The position numbers and the translations under genes were made by a program. From positions 1-36,000 of the forward strand of contig NW_025213788.1 of assembly GCF_004010195.1 (NCBI RefSeq): a stretch of DNA of 36,000 nucleotides, given 5' to 3'. A model generated the notes under the pieces. The model was not told the DNA's origin, made no database searches, and saw nothing but the letters and a program-made list of their open reading frames with translations. This document shows, piece by piece, positions 1 through 10,300 of this stretch (position 1 is its first letter; each line of letters begins with the position of its first letter). Source of the DNA: Chiloscyllium plagiosum (lineage: Eukaryota).

Positions 1-99
1 ACTGCAGATGCTGGAAATCAGGATCTAGATTACAGTGGTGCTGGAAAAGCACAGCAGGTCAGGCAGCATCCGAGGAGCAGAAATCTAATCTAGACTCTG
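1..99. mobile_element. Truncated fragment of a short interspersed repeat, probably Penelope-like retroelement-derived (shark-type)
   Basis: ACTGCAGATGCTGGAAATCAG...GGTGCTGGAAAAGCACAGCAGGTCAGGCAGCATCCGAGGAGCAG resembles, from memory, an abundant shark repeat terminus. Seen directly: 3-21 is the exact reverse complement of 640-658, and 24-32 (TCTAGATTA) is inverted at 86-94. The family assignment needs RepeatMasker/Dfam. The element may continue beyond the window start. Confidence 0.55.
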
Positions 100-607
100 T
101 TAGTTGTATAAGCCTTGCCCTTGTTTGTTGTACCGAAATGCAATACCTCTCATTTATCCAGATTGAATTCCATTGGCCATTTTTCAGCCTATTGACCCAT
201 TTGATCAAGATCCCTTTGTCATCCAAGAAAACCTCCTTCACTGTCTACAATTCCACCAATTTTGGTGTCATCCACAAACTTACAACTATGCCTTTTATAT
301 TCTCATCCAAATCATTTAAATAAATGACAAGCAAAACAGAGCCCAGAACTGATCCTTGTGGAACACCACTGCTCACAGGCCTCCAGTCTGGAAAGCCACC
401 CTCCACCATTACTCTGTGTCTCCTGCTGTTGAGCCAATTATATATCCAATTGGCAAGCTCACCCTGAATACTATGAGACCTAACTTTGGTAATTTGTCTG
501 AGATGAATACCTTGTCAAATGCTTTACGAAAATCCAAATAAACAAAGTCTGCTGTTCTGCCCTCATCAATCTTTTTGGTAACTTGCTCAAAAAAACTCAG
601 TCAATTG
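100..607 (-). mobile_element. Degenerate CR1-clade LINE ORF2 reverse-transcriptase fragment (frameshifts and stop codons)
   Basis: Manual minus-strand translation, allowing frameshifts, gives EFF..EQVTKKIDEGRTAD..DFRKAFDKV (~508-600), ..IQGELANWIYNWLNSRRHRVMVEGGFPDWRPVSSGVPQGSVLG (~341-470), VIYLNDLDENIKG, KFVDDTKIGGIVDSEGG (~230-281), and QRDLDQMGQ*AEKWPMEFNLDK*EVLHFG. These match the non-LTR RT motifs KAFD, GVPQGS and F/YADD in the form typical of CR1 elements. Confidence 0.9.
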
Positions 608-609
608 AG

Positions 610-677
610 GAGTTTTTCCAGTAATTTCTGTTTTTGCTTCTGATTTCCAGCATCTGCATTTCTTCGGGTTTTTTTTT
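610..677. mobile_element. Second short fragment of a related repeat terminus, in opposite orientation to 1-99, ending in a T run
   Basis: GAGTTTTTCCAGTAATTTCTGTTTTTGCTTCTGATTTCCAGCATCTGCATTTCTTCGGG followed by T9. Positions 640-658 form a perfect 19-bp inverted match to 3-21. The Penelope-like family label is from recall only. Confidence 0.5.
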
Positions 678-1348
678 GCAAGAGTTATCTCCATTTTGGC
701 ATGAGCTGTAAACTCTTTCAGTTAGTTTCACTCTAGACTGGTTGCACAACTGTTCCATGTTCCACATAATTACAACTGAGATAAAGCTAAATTCTTACAT
801 CTTGAAATTGATGTATAAAATATTTTTGATATTTCATTTTCTGATTGTAGTCGAAAAGATTGACACAATCTGCTCTTAATTAACATGAAAACTTGGAAAC
901 AGCTTTCAGGCAATCAGTAAAAGAATTCTGTCAATATGTTAAATAACTATGTTCTGTTTGCCCAAGTCTGACACAGGATGCCACATCAATTCTTACGTCA
1001 TTGGGTGCTCGTGATCTTCACTTTTGCTTTTCTCATTAGTTATTAGAATTGGCGAGGTTCAAGAGCATTTTGTGCTCCTGCTTCATGTTTACTCACATGT
1101 ACATTAGAAATCATGAAACTAGCTACAAAGTAATAAGTAATAAACATTTCCTGACAGTCTATCTTCATGTGGGCATCCTTCCCCACATAGTTATATAATT
1201 TGACGCAGTTGTTGGTAGTAAACCAATCTCAGATGGTTCTGGGAGTAACCAACAGTTACAATACGTTGGCAGCGTTGGCATACAACTTTACAACACTTTG
1301 CAATCCAAGACGACTGCACAGTAGGACGCTCCATTTGGAACTCCTCTG

Positions 1349-1389
1349 TTCACCATTTCCTTTTCCTTTCTTTTTTTGCCTCCTTGCAG
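1349..1389 (+). other. Candidate 3' splice acceptor (branch point, polypyrimidine tract, CAG)
   Basis: TTCAC at 1349-1353 fits the yUnAy branch consensus, with the A 36 nt before the AG. A near-pure pyrimidine tract follows (1356-1385, TTTCCTTTTCCTTTCTTTTTTTGCCTCCTT), then GCAG with AG at 1388-1389 and no intervening AG. A second TTTGCAG ends at 1443 in the same reading phase. Use in vivo is unknown. Confidence 0.35.
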
Positions 1390-4300
1390 TTTTTCTTCTC
1401 CCTCTCCACCCCAACTTCTGAAACTACAATACCCTATTTGCAGTATGGAGGTGAAACGAAGGGAGATGAGTCCAGGCTGGAGCCTGGGTGTGCAGAGAGC
1501 GTGTGGGCTGAGTTCTGGAGCGACAGCAGGGGTCATAGGCTGCGACCAAAGCGGGGATCAGAGCGGGTCACAGGCCATGTCCCACAGCGGGGAGCAGAGC
1601 AAGTCACAGGCCATGTCCCACAGCGGGGAGCAGAGCAAGTCATAGGCCATGTCCCACAGCGGGGATCAGAGCGGGTCACAGGCCATGTACCACAGCGGGG
1701 AGAAGAGCGTCTCACAGGCCATGTCCCACAGCGGGGAGCAGAGCGAGTCACAGGCCATGTCCCACAGCGGGGAGCAGAGCGGGTCACAGGCCATGTCCCA
1801 CAGCGGGGAGCAGAGCAAGTCACAGGCCATGTCCCACAGCGGGGAGCAGAGCATGTCACAGGCCATGTCCCACAGCGGGGAGCAGAGCAAGTCACAGGCC
1901 ATGTCCCACAGCGGGGAGCAGAGCGAGTCACAGGCCATGTCCCACAGTGGGGAGCAGAGGGAGTCACAGGCCATGTCCCACAGCGGGGAGAAGAGCGTCT
2001 CACAGGCCATGTCCCACAGCGGGGAGAAGAGCGTCTCACAGGCCATGTCCCACAGCGGGGAGAAGAGCGTCTCACAGGCCATGTCCCACAGCGGGGAGAA
2101 GAGCGTCTCACAGGCCATGTCCCACAGCGGGGAGAAGAGCGTCTCACAGGCCATGTCCCACAGCGGGGAGCAGAGCAAGTCACAGGCCATGTCCCACAGC
2201 GGGGAGCAGAGCAAGTCACAGGCCATGTCCCACAGCGGGGAGCAGAGCAAGTCACAGGCCATGTCCCACAGCGGGGAGCAGAGCAAGTCACAGGCCATGT
2301 CCCACAGCGGGGAGCAGAGCAAGTCACAGGCCATGTCCCACAGCGGGGAGCAGAGCAAGTCACAGGCCATGTCCCACAGCGGGGAGCAGAGCAAGTCACA
2401 GGCCATGTCCCACAGCGGGGAGCAGAGCAAGTCACAGGCCATGTCCCACAGCGGGGAGCAGAGCAAGTCACAGGCCATGTCCCACAGCGGGGAGCAGAGC
2501 AAGTCACAGGCCATGTCCCACAGCGGGGAGCAGAGCAAGTCACAGGCCATGTCCCACAGCGGGGAGCAGAGCAAGTCACAGGCCATGTCCCACAGCGGGG
2601 AGCAGAGCAAGTCACAGGCCATGTCCCACAGCGGGGAGCAGAGCAAGTCACAGGCCATGTCCCACAGCGGGGAGCAGAGCAAGTCACAGGCCATGTCCCA
2701 CAGCGGGGAGCAGAGCAAGTCACAGGCCATGTCCCACAGCGGGGAGCAGAGCAAGTCACAGGCCATGTCCCACAGCGGGGAGCAGAGCAAGTCACAGGCC
2801 ATGTCCCACAGCGGGGAGCAGAGCAAGTCACAGGCCATGTCCCACAGCGGGGAGCAGAGCAAGTCACAGGCCATGTCCCACAGCGGGGAGCAGAGCAAGT
2901 CACAGGCCATGTCCCACAGCGGGGAGCAGAGCAAGTCACAGGCCATGTCCCACAGCGGGGAGCAGAGCAAGTCACAGGCCATGTCCCACAGCGGGGAGCA
3001 GAGCAAGTCACAGGCCATGTCCCACAGCGGGGAGCAGAGCAAGTCACAGGCCATGTCCCACAGCGGGGAGCAGAGCAAGTCACAGGCCATGTCCCACAGC
3101 GGGGAGCAGAGCAAGTCACAGGCCATGTCCCACAGCGGGGAGCAGAGCAAGTCACAGGCCATGTCCCACAGCGGGGAGCAGAGCAAGTCACAGGCCATGT
3201 CCCACAGCGGGGAGCAGAGCAAGTCACAGGCCATGTCCCACAGCGGGGAGCAGAGCAAGTCACAGGCCATGTCCCACAGCGGGGAGCAGAGCAAGTCACA
3301 GGCCATGTCCCACAGCGGGGAGCAGAGCAAGTCACAGGCCATGTCCCACAGCGGGGAGCAGAGCAAGTCACAGGCCATGTCCCACAGCGGGGAGCAGAGC
3401 AAGTCACAGGCCATGTCCCACAGCGGGGAGCAGAGCAAGTCACAGGCCATGTCCCACAGCGGGGAGCAGAGCAAGTCACAGGCCATGTCCCACAGCGGGG
3501 AGCAGAGCAAGTCACAGGCCATGTCCCACAGCGGGGAGCAGAGCAAGTCACAGGCCATGTCCCACAGCGGGGAGCAGAGCAAGTCACAGGCCATGTCCCA
3601 CAGCGGGGAGCAGAGCAAGTCACAGGCCATGTCCCACAGCGGGGAGCAGAGCAAGTCACAGGCCATGTCCCACAGCGGGGAGCAGAGCAAGTCACAGGCC
3701 ATGTCCCACAGCGGGGAGCAGAGCAAGTCACAGGCCATGTCCCACAGCGGGGAGCAGAGCAAGTCACAGGCCATGTCCCACAGCGGGGAGCAGAGCAAGT
3801 CACAGGCCATGTCCCACAGCGGGGAGCAGAGCAAGTCACAGGCCATGTCCCACAGCGGGGAGCAGAGCAAGTCACAGGCCATGTCCCACAGCGGGGAGCA
3901 GAGCAAGTCACAGGCCATGTCCCACAGCGGGGAGCAGAGCAAGTCACAGGCCATGTCCCACAGCGGGGAGCAGAGCAAGTCACAGGCCATGTCCCACAGC
4001 GGGGAGCAGAGCAAGTCACAGGCCATGTCCCACAGCGGGGAGCAGAGCAAGTCACAGGCCATGTCCCACAGCGGGGAGCAGAGCAAGTCACAGGCCATGT
4101 CCCACAGCGGGGAGCAGAGCAAGTCACAGGCCATGTCCCACAGCGGGGAGCAGAGCAAGTCACAGGCCATGTCCCACAGCGGGGAGCAGAGCAAGTCACA
4201 GGCCATGTCCCACAGCGGGGAGCAGAGCAAGTCACAGGCCATGTCCCACAGCGGGGAGCAGAGCAAGTCACAGGCCATGTCCCACAGCGGGGAGCAGAGC

Positions 4301-7300
4301 AAGTCACAGGCCATGTCCCACAGCGGGGAGCAGAGCAAGTCACAGGCCATGTCCCACAGCGGGGAGCAGAGCAAGTCACAGGCCATGTCCCACAGCGGGG
4401 AGCAGAGCAAGTCACAGGCCATGTCCCACAGCGGGGAGCAGAGCAAGTCACAGGCCATGTCCCACAGCGGGGAGCAGAGCAAGTCACAGGCCATGTCCCA
4501 CAGCGGGGAGCAGAGCAAGTCACAGGCCATGTCCCACAGCGGGGAGCAGAGCAAGTCACAGGCCATGTCCCACAGCGGGGAGCAGAGCAAGTCACAGGCC
4601 ATGTCCCACAGCGGGGAGCAGAGCAAGTCACAGGCCATGTCCCACAGCGGGGAGCAGAGCAAGTCACAGGCCATGTCCCACAGCGGGGAGCAGAGCAAGT
4701 CACAGGCCATGTCCCACAGCGGGGAGCAGAGCAAGTCACAGGCCATGTCCCACAGCGGGGAGCAGAGCAAGTCACAGGCCATGTCCCACAGCGGGGAGCA
4801 GAGCAAGTCACAGGCCATGTCCCACAGCGGGGAGCAGAGCAAGTCACAGGCCATGTCCCACAGCGGGGAGCAGAGCAAGTCACAGGCCATGTCCCACAGC
4901 GGGGAGCAGAGCAAGTCACAGGCCATGTCCCACAGCGGGGAGCAGAGCAAGTCACAGGCCATGTCCCACAGCGGGGAGCAGAGCAAGTCACAGGCCATGT
5001 CCCACAGCGGGGAGCAGAGCAAGTCACAGGCCATGTCCCACAGCGGGGAGCAGAGCAAGTCACAGGCCATGTCCCACAGCGGGGAGCAGAGCAAGTCACA
5101 GGCCATGTCCCACAGCGGGGAGCAGAGCAAGTCACAGGCCATGTCCCACAGCGGGGAGCAGAGCAAGTCACAGGCCATGTCCCACAGCGGGGAGCAGAGC
5201 AAGTCACAGGCCATGTCCCACAGCGGGGAGCAGAGCAAGTCACAGGCCATGTCCCACAGCGGGGAGCAGAGCAAGTCACAGGCCATGTCCCACAGCGGGG
5301 AGCAGAGCAAGTCACAGGCCATGTCCCACAGCGGGGAGCAGAGCAAGTCACAGGCCATGTCCCACAGCGGGGAGCAGAGCAAGTCACAGGCCATGTCCCA
5401 CAGCGGGGAGCAGAGCAAGTCACAGGCCATGTCCCACAGCGGGGAGCAGAGCAAGTCACAGGCCATGTCCCACAGCGGGGAGCAGAGCAAGTCACAGGCC
5501 ATGTCCCACAGCGGGGAGCAGAGCAAGTCACAGGCCATGTCCCACAGCGGGGAGCAGAGCAAGTCACAGGCCATGTCCCACAGCGGGGAGCAGAGCAAGT
5601 CACAGGCCATGTCCCACAGCGGGGAGCAGAGCAAGTCACAGGCCATGTCCCACAGCGGGGAGCAGAGCAAGTCACAGGCCATGTCCCACAGCGGGGAGCA
5701 GAGCAAGTCACAGGCCATGTCCCACAGCGGGGAGCAGAGCAAGTCACAGGCCATGTCCCACAGCGGGGAGCAGAGCAAGTCACAGGCCATGTCCCACAGC
5801 GGGGAGCAGAGCAAGTCACAGGCCATGTCCCACAGCGGGGAGCAGAGCAAGTCACAGGCCATGTCCCACAGCGGGGAGCAGAGCAAGTCACAGGCCATGT
5901 CCCACAGCGGGGAGCAGAGCAAGTCACAGGCCATGTCCCACAGCGGGGAGCAGAGCAAGTCACAGGCCATGTCCCACAGCGGGGAGCAGAGCAAGTCACA
6001 GGCCATGTCCCACAGCGGGGAGCAGAGCAAGTCACAGGCCATGTCCCACAGCGGGGAGCAGAGCAAGTCACAGGCCATGTCCCACAGCGGGGAGCAGAGC
6101 AAGTCACAGGCCATGTCCCACAGCGGGGAGCAGAGCAAGTCACAGGCCATGTCCCACAGCGGGGAGCAGAGCAAGTCACAGGCCATGTCCCACAGCGGGG
6201 AGCAGAGCAAGTCACAGGCCATGTCCCACAGCGGGGAGCAGAGCAAGTCACAGGCCATGTCCCACAGCGGGGAGCAGAGCAAGTCACAGGCCATGTCCCA
6301 CAGCGGGGAGCAGAGCAAGTCACAGGCCATGTCCCACAGCGGGGAGCAGAGCAAGTCACAGGCCATGTCCCACAGCGGGGAGCAGAGCAAGTCACAGGCC
6401 ATGTCCCACAGCGGGGAGCAGAGCAAGTCACAGGCCATGTCCCACAGCGGGGAGCAGAGCAAGTCACAGGCCATGTCCCACAGCGGGGAGCAGAGCAAGT
6501 CACAGGCCATGTCCCACAGCGGGGAGCAGAGCAAGTCACAGGCCATGTCCCACAGCGGGGAGCAGAGCAAGTCACAGGCCATGTCCCACAGCGGGGAGCA
6601 GAGCAAGTCACAGGCCATGTCCCACAGCGGGGAGCAGAGCAAGTCACAGGCCATGTCCCACAGCGGGGAGCAGAGCAAGTCACAGGCCATGTCCCACAGC
6701 GGGGAGCAGAGCAAGTCACAGGCCATGTCCCACAGCGGGGAGCAGAGCAAGTCACAGGCCATGTCCCACAGCGGGGAGCAGAGCAAGTCACAGGCCATGT
6801 CCCACAGCGGGGAGCAGAGCAAGTCACAGGCCATGTCCCACAGCGGGGAGCAGAGCAAGTCACAGGCCATGTCCCACAGCGGGGAGCAGAGCAAGTCACA
6901 GGCCATGTCCCACAGCGGGGAGCAGAGCAAGTCACAGGCCATGTCCCACAGCGGGGAGCAGAGCAAGTCACAGGCCATGTCCCACAGCGGGGAGCAGAGC
7001 AAGTCACAGGCCATGTCCCACAGCGGGGAGCAGAGCAAGTCACAGGCCATGTCCCACAGCGGGGAGCAGAGCAAGTCACAGGCCATGTCCCACAGCGGGG
7101 AGCAGAGCAAGTCACAGGCCATGTCCCACAGCGGGGAGCAGAGCAAGTCACAGGCCATGTCCCACAGCGGGGAGCAGAGCAAGTCACAGGCCATGTCCCA
7201 CAGCGGGGAGCAGAGCAAGTCACAGGCCATGTCCCACAGCGGGGAGCAGAGCAAGTCACAGGCCATGTCCCACAGCGGGGAGCAGAGCAAGTCACAGGCC

Positions 7301-10300
7301 ATGTCCCACAGCGGGGAGCAGAGCAAGTCACAGGCCATGTCCCACAGCGGGGAGCAGAGCAAGTCACAGGCCATGTCCCACAGCGGGGAGCAGAGCAAGT
7401 CACAGGCCATGTCCCACAGCGGGGAGCAGAGCAAGTCACAGGCCATGTCCCACAGCGGGGAGCAGAGCAAGTCACAGGCCATGTCCCACAGCGGGGAGCA
7501 GAGCAAGTCACAGGCCATGTCCCACAGCGGGGAGCAGAGCAAGTCACAGGCCATGTCCCACAGCGGGGAGCAGAGCAAGTCACAGGCCATGTCCCACAGC
7601 GGGGAGCAGAGCAAGTCACAGGCCATGTCCCACAGCGGGGAGCAGAGCAAGTCACAGGCCATGTCCCACAGCGGGGAGCAGAGCAAGTCACAGGCCATGT
7701 CCCACAGCGGGGAGCAGAGCAAGTCACAGGCCATGTCCCACAGCGGGGAGCAGAGCAAGTCACAGGCCATGTCCCACAGCGGGGAGCAGAGCAAGTCACA
7801 GGCCATGTCCCACAGCGGGGAGCAGAGCAAGTCACAGGCCATGTCCCACAGCGGGGAGCAGAGCAAGTCACAGGCCATGTCCCACAGCGGGGAGCAGAGC
7901 AAGTCACAGGCCATGTCCCACAGCGGGGAGCAGAGCAAGTCACAGGCCATGTCCCACAGCGGGGAGCAGAGCAAGTCACAGGCCATGTCCCACAGCGGGG
8001 AGCAGAGCAAGTCACAGGCCATGTCCCACAGCGGGGAGCAGAGCAAGTCACAGGCCATGTCCCACAGCGGGGAGCAGAGCAAGTCACAGGCCATGTCCCA
8101 CAGCGGGGAGCAGAGCAAGTCACAGGCCATGTCCCACAGCGGGGAGCAGAGCAAGTCACAGGCCATGTCCCACAGCGGGGAGCAGAGCAAGTCACAGGCC
8201 ATGTCCCACAGCGGGGAGCAGAGCAAGTCACAGGCCATGTCCCACAGCGGGGAGCAGAGCAAGTCACAGGCCATGTCCCACAGCGGGGAGCAGAGCAAGT
8301 CACAGGCCATGTCCCACAGCGGGGAGCAGAGCAAGTCACAGGCCATGTCCCACAGCGGGGAGCAGAGCAAGTCACAGGCCATGTCCCACAGCGGGGAGCA
8401 GAGCAAGTCACAGGCCATGTCCCACAGCGGGGAGCAGAGCAAGTCACAGGCCATGTCCCACAGCGGGGAGCAGAGCAAGTCACAGGCCATGTCCCACAGC
8501 GGGGAGCAGAGCAAGTCACAGGCCATGTCCCACAGCGGGGAGCAGAGCAAGTCACAGGCCATGTCCCACAGCGGGGAGCAGAGCAAGTCACAGGCCATGT
8601 CCCACAGCGGGGAGCAGAGCAAGTCACAGGCCATGTCCCACAGCGGGGAGCAGAGCAAGTCACAGGCCATGTCCCACAGCGGGGAGCAGAGCAAGTCACA
8701 GGCCATGTCCCACAGCGGGGAGCAGAGCAAGTCACAGGCCATGTCCCACAGCGGGGAGCAGAGCAAGTCACAGGCCATGTCCCACAGCGGGGAGCAGAGC
8801 AAGTCACAGGCCATGTCCCACAGCGGGGAGCAGAGCAAGTCACAGGCCATGTCCCACAGCGGGGAGCAGAGCAAGTCACAGGCCATGTCCCACAGCGGGG
8901 AGCAGAGCAAGTCACAGGCCATGTCCCACAGCGGGGAGCAGAGCAAGTCACAGGCCATGTCCCACAGCGGGGAGCAGAGCAAGTCACAGGCCATGTCCCA
9001 CAGCGGGGAGCAGAGCAAGTCACAGGCCATGTCCCACAGCGGGGAGCAGAGCAAGTCACAGGCCATGTCCCACAGCGGGGAGCAGAGCAAGTCACAGGCC
9101 ATGTCCCACAGCGGGGAGCAGAGCAAGTCACAGGCCATGTCCCACAGCGGGGAGCAGAGCAAGTCACAGGCCATGTCCCACAGCGGGGAGCAGAGCAAGT
9201 CACAGGCCATGTCCCACAGCGGGGAGCAGAGCAAGTCACAGGCCATGTCCCACAGCGGGGAGCAGAGCAAGTCACAGGCCATGTCCCACAGCGGGGAGCA
9301 GAGCAAGTCACAGGCCATGTCCCACAGCGGGGAGCAGAGCAAGTCACAGGCCATGTCCCACAGCGGGGAGCAGAGCAAGTCACAGGCCATGTCCCACAGC
9401 GGGGAGCAGAGCAAGTCACAGGCCATGTCCCACAGCGGGGAGCAGAGCAAGTCACAGGCCATGTCCCACAGCGGGGAGCAGAGCAAGTCACAGGCCATGT
9501 CCCACAGCGGGGAGCAGAGCAAGTCACAGGCCATGTCCCACAGCGGGGAGCAGAGCAAGTCACAGGCCATGTCCCACAGCGGGGAGCAGAGCAAGTCACA
9601 GGCCATGTCCCACAGCGGGGAGCAGAGCAAGTCACAGGCCATGTCCCACAGCGGGGAGCAGAGCAAGTCACAGGCCATGTCCCACAGCGGGGAGCAGAGC
9701 AAGTCACAGGCCATGTCCCACAGCGGGGAGCAGAGCAAGTCACAGGCCATGTCCCACAGCGGGGAGCAGAGCAAGTCACAGGCCATGTCCCACAGCGGGG
9801 AGCAGAGCAAGTCACAGGCCATGTCCCACAGCGGGGAGCAGAGCAAGTCACAGGCCATGTCCCACAGCGGGGAGCAGAGCAAGTCACAGGCCATGTCCCA
9901 CAGCGGGGAGCAGAGCAAGTCACAGGCCATGTCCCACAGCGGGGAGCAGAGCAAGTCACAGGCCATGTCCCACAGCGGGGAGCAGAGCAAGTCACAGGCC
10001 ATGTCCCACAGCGGGGAGCAGAGCAAGTCACAGGCCATGTCCCACAGCGGGGAGCAGAGCAAGTCACAGGCCATGTCCCACAGCGGGGAGCAGAGCAAGT
10101 CACAGGCCATGTCCCACAGCGGGGAGCAGAGCAAGTCACAGGCCATGTCCCACAGCGGGGAGCAGAGCAAGTCACAGGCCATGTCCCACAGCGGGGAGCA
10201 GAGCAAGTCACAGGCCATGTCCCACAGCGGGGAGCAGAGCAAGTCACAGGCCATGTCCCACAGCGGGGAGCAGAGCAAGTCACAGGCCATGTCCCACAGC

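Noticed and set aside
1..99. Hammerhead ribozyme of the kind found in Penelope-like element termini
   Set aside because: The catalytic core motifs (CTGANGA ... GAAA with flanking stems) are not present in a suitable arrangement on either strand. The fragment appears truncated.
59..541. Short ORFs 59-241 (-), 138-323 (+) and 356-541 (+)
   Set aside because: They are off-frame or antisense readings of the decayed CR1 RT fragment.
1167..1188. Small hairpin ATGTGGG-N8-CCCACAT
   Set aside because: A 7-bp stem is expected by chance and there is no supporting context.
1200..1536. Short ORFs 1200-1421 (+) and 1288-1536 (-)
   Set aside because: They have no recognisable domain. The Phe/Leu-rich or Lys/Glu-rich stretches only reflect the pyrimidine tract.
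1943..1949. V(D)J recombination-signal heptamer CACAGTG, and CACAGCG in every unit
   Set aside because: There is no ACAAAAACC-like nonamer at 12- or 23-bp spacing and no V, D or J segment. The perfect heptamer is a single CpG transition.
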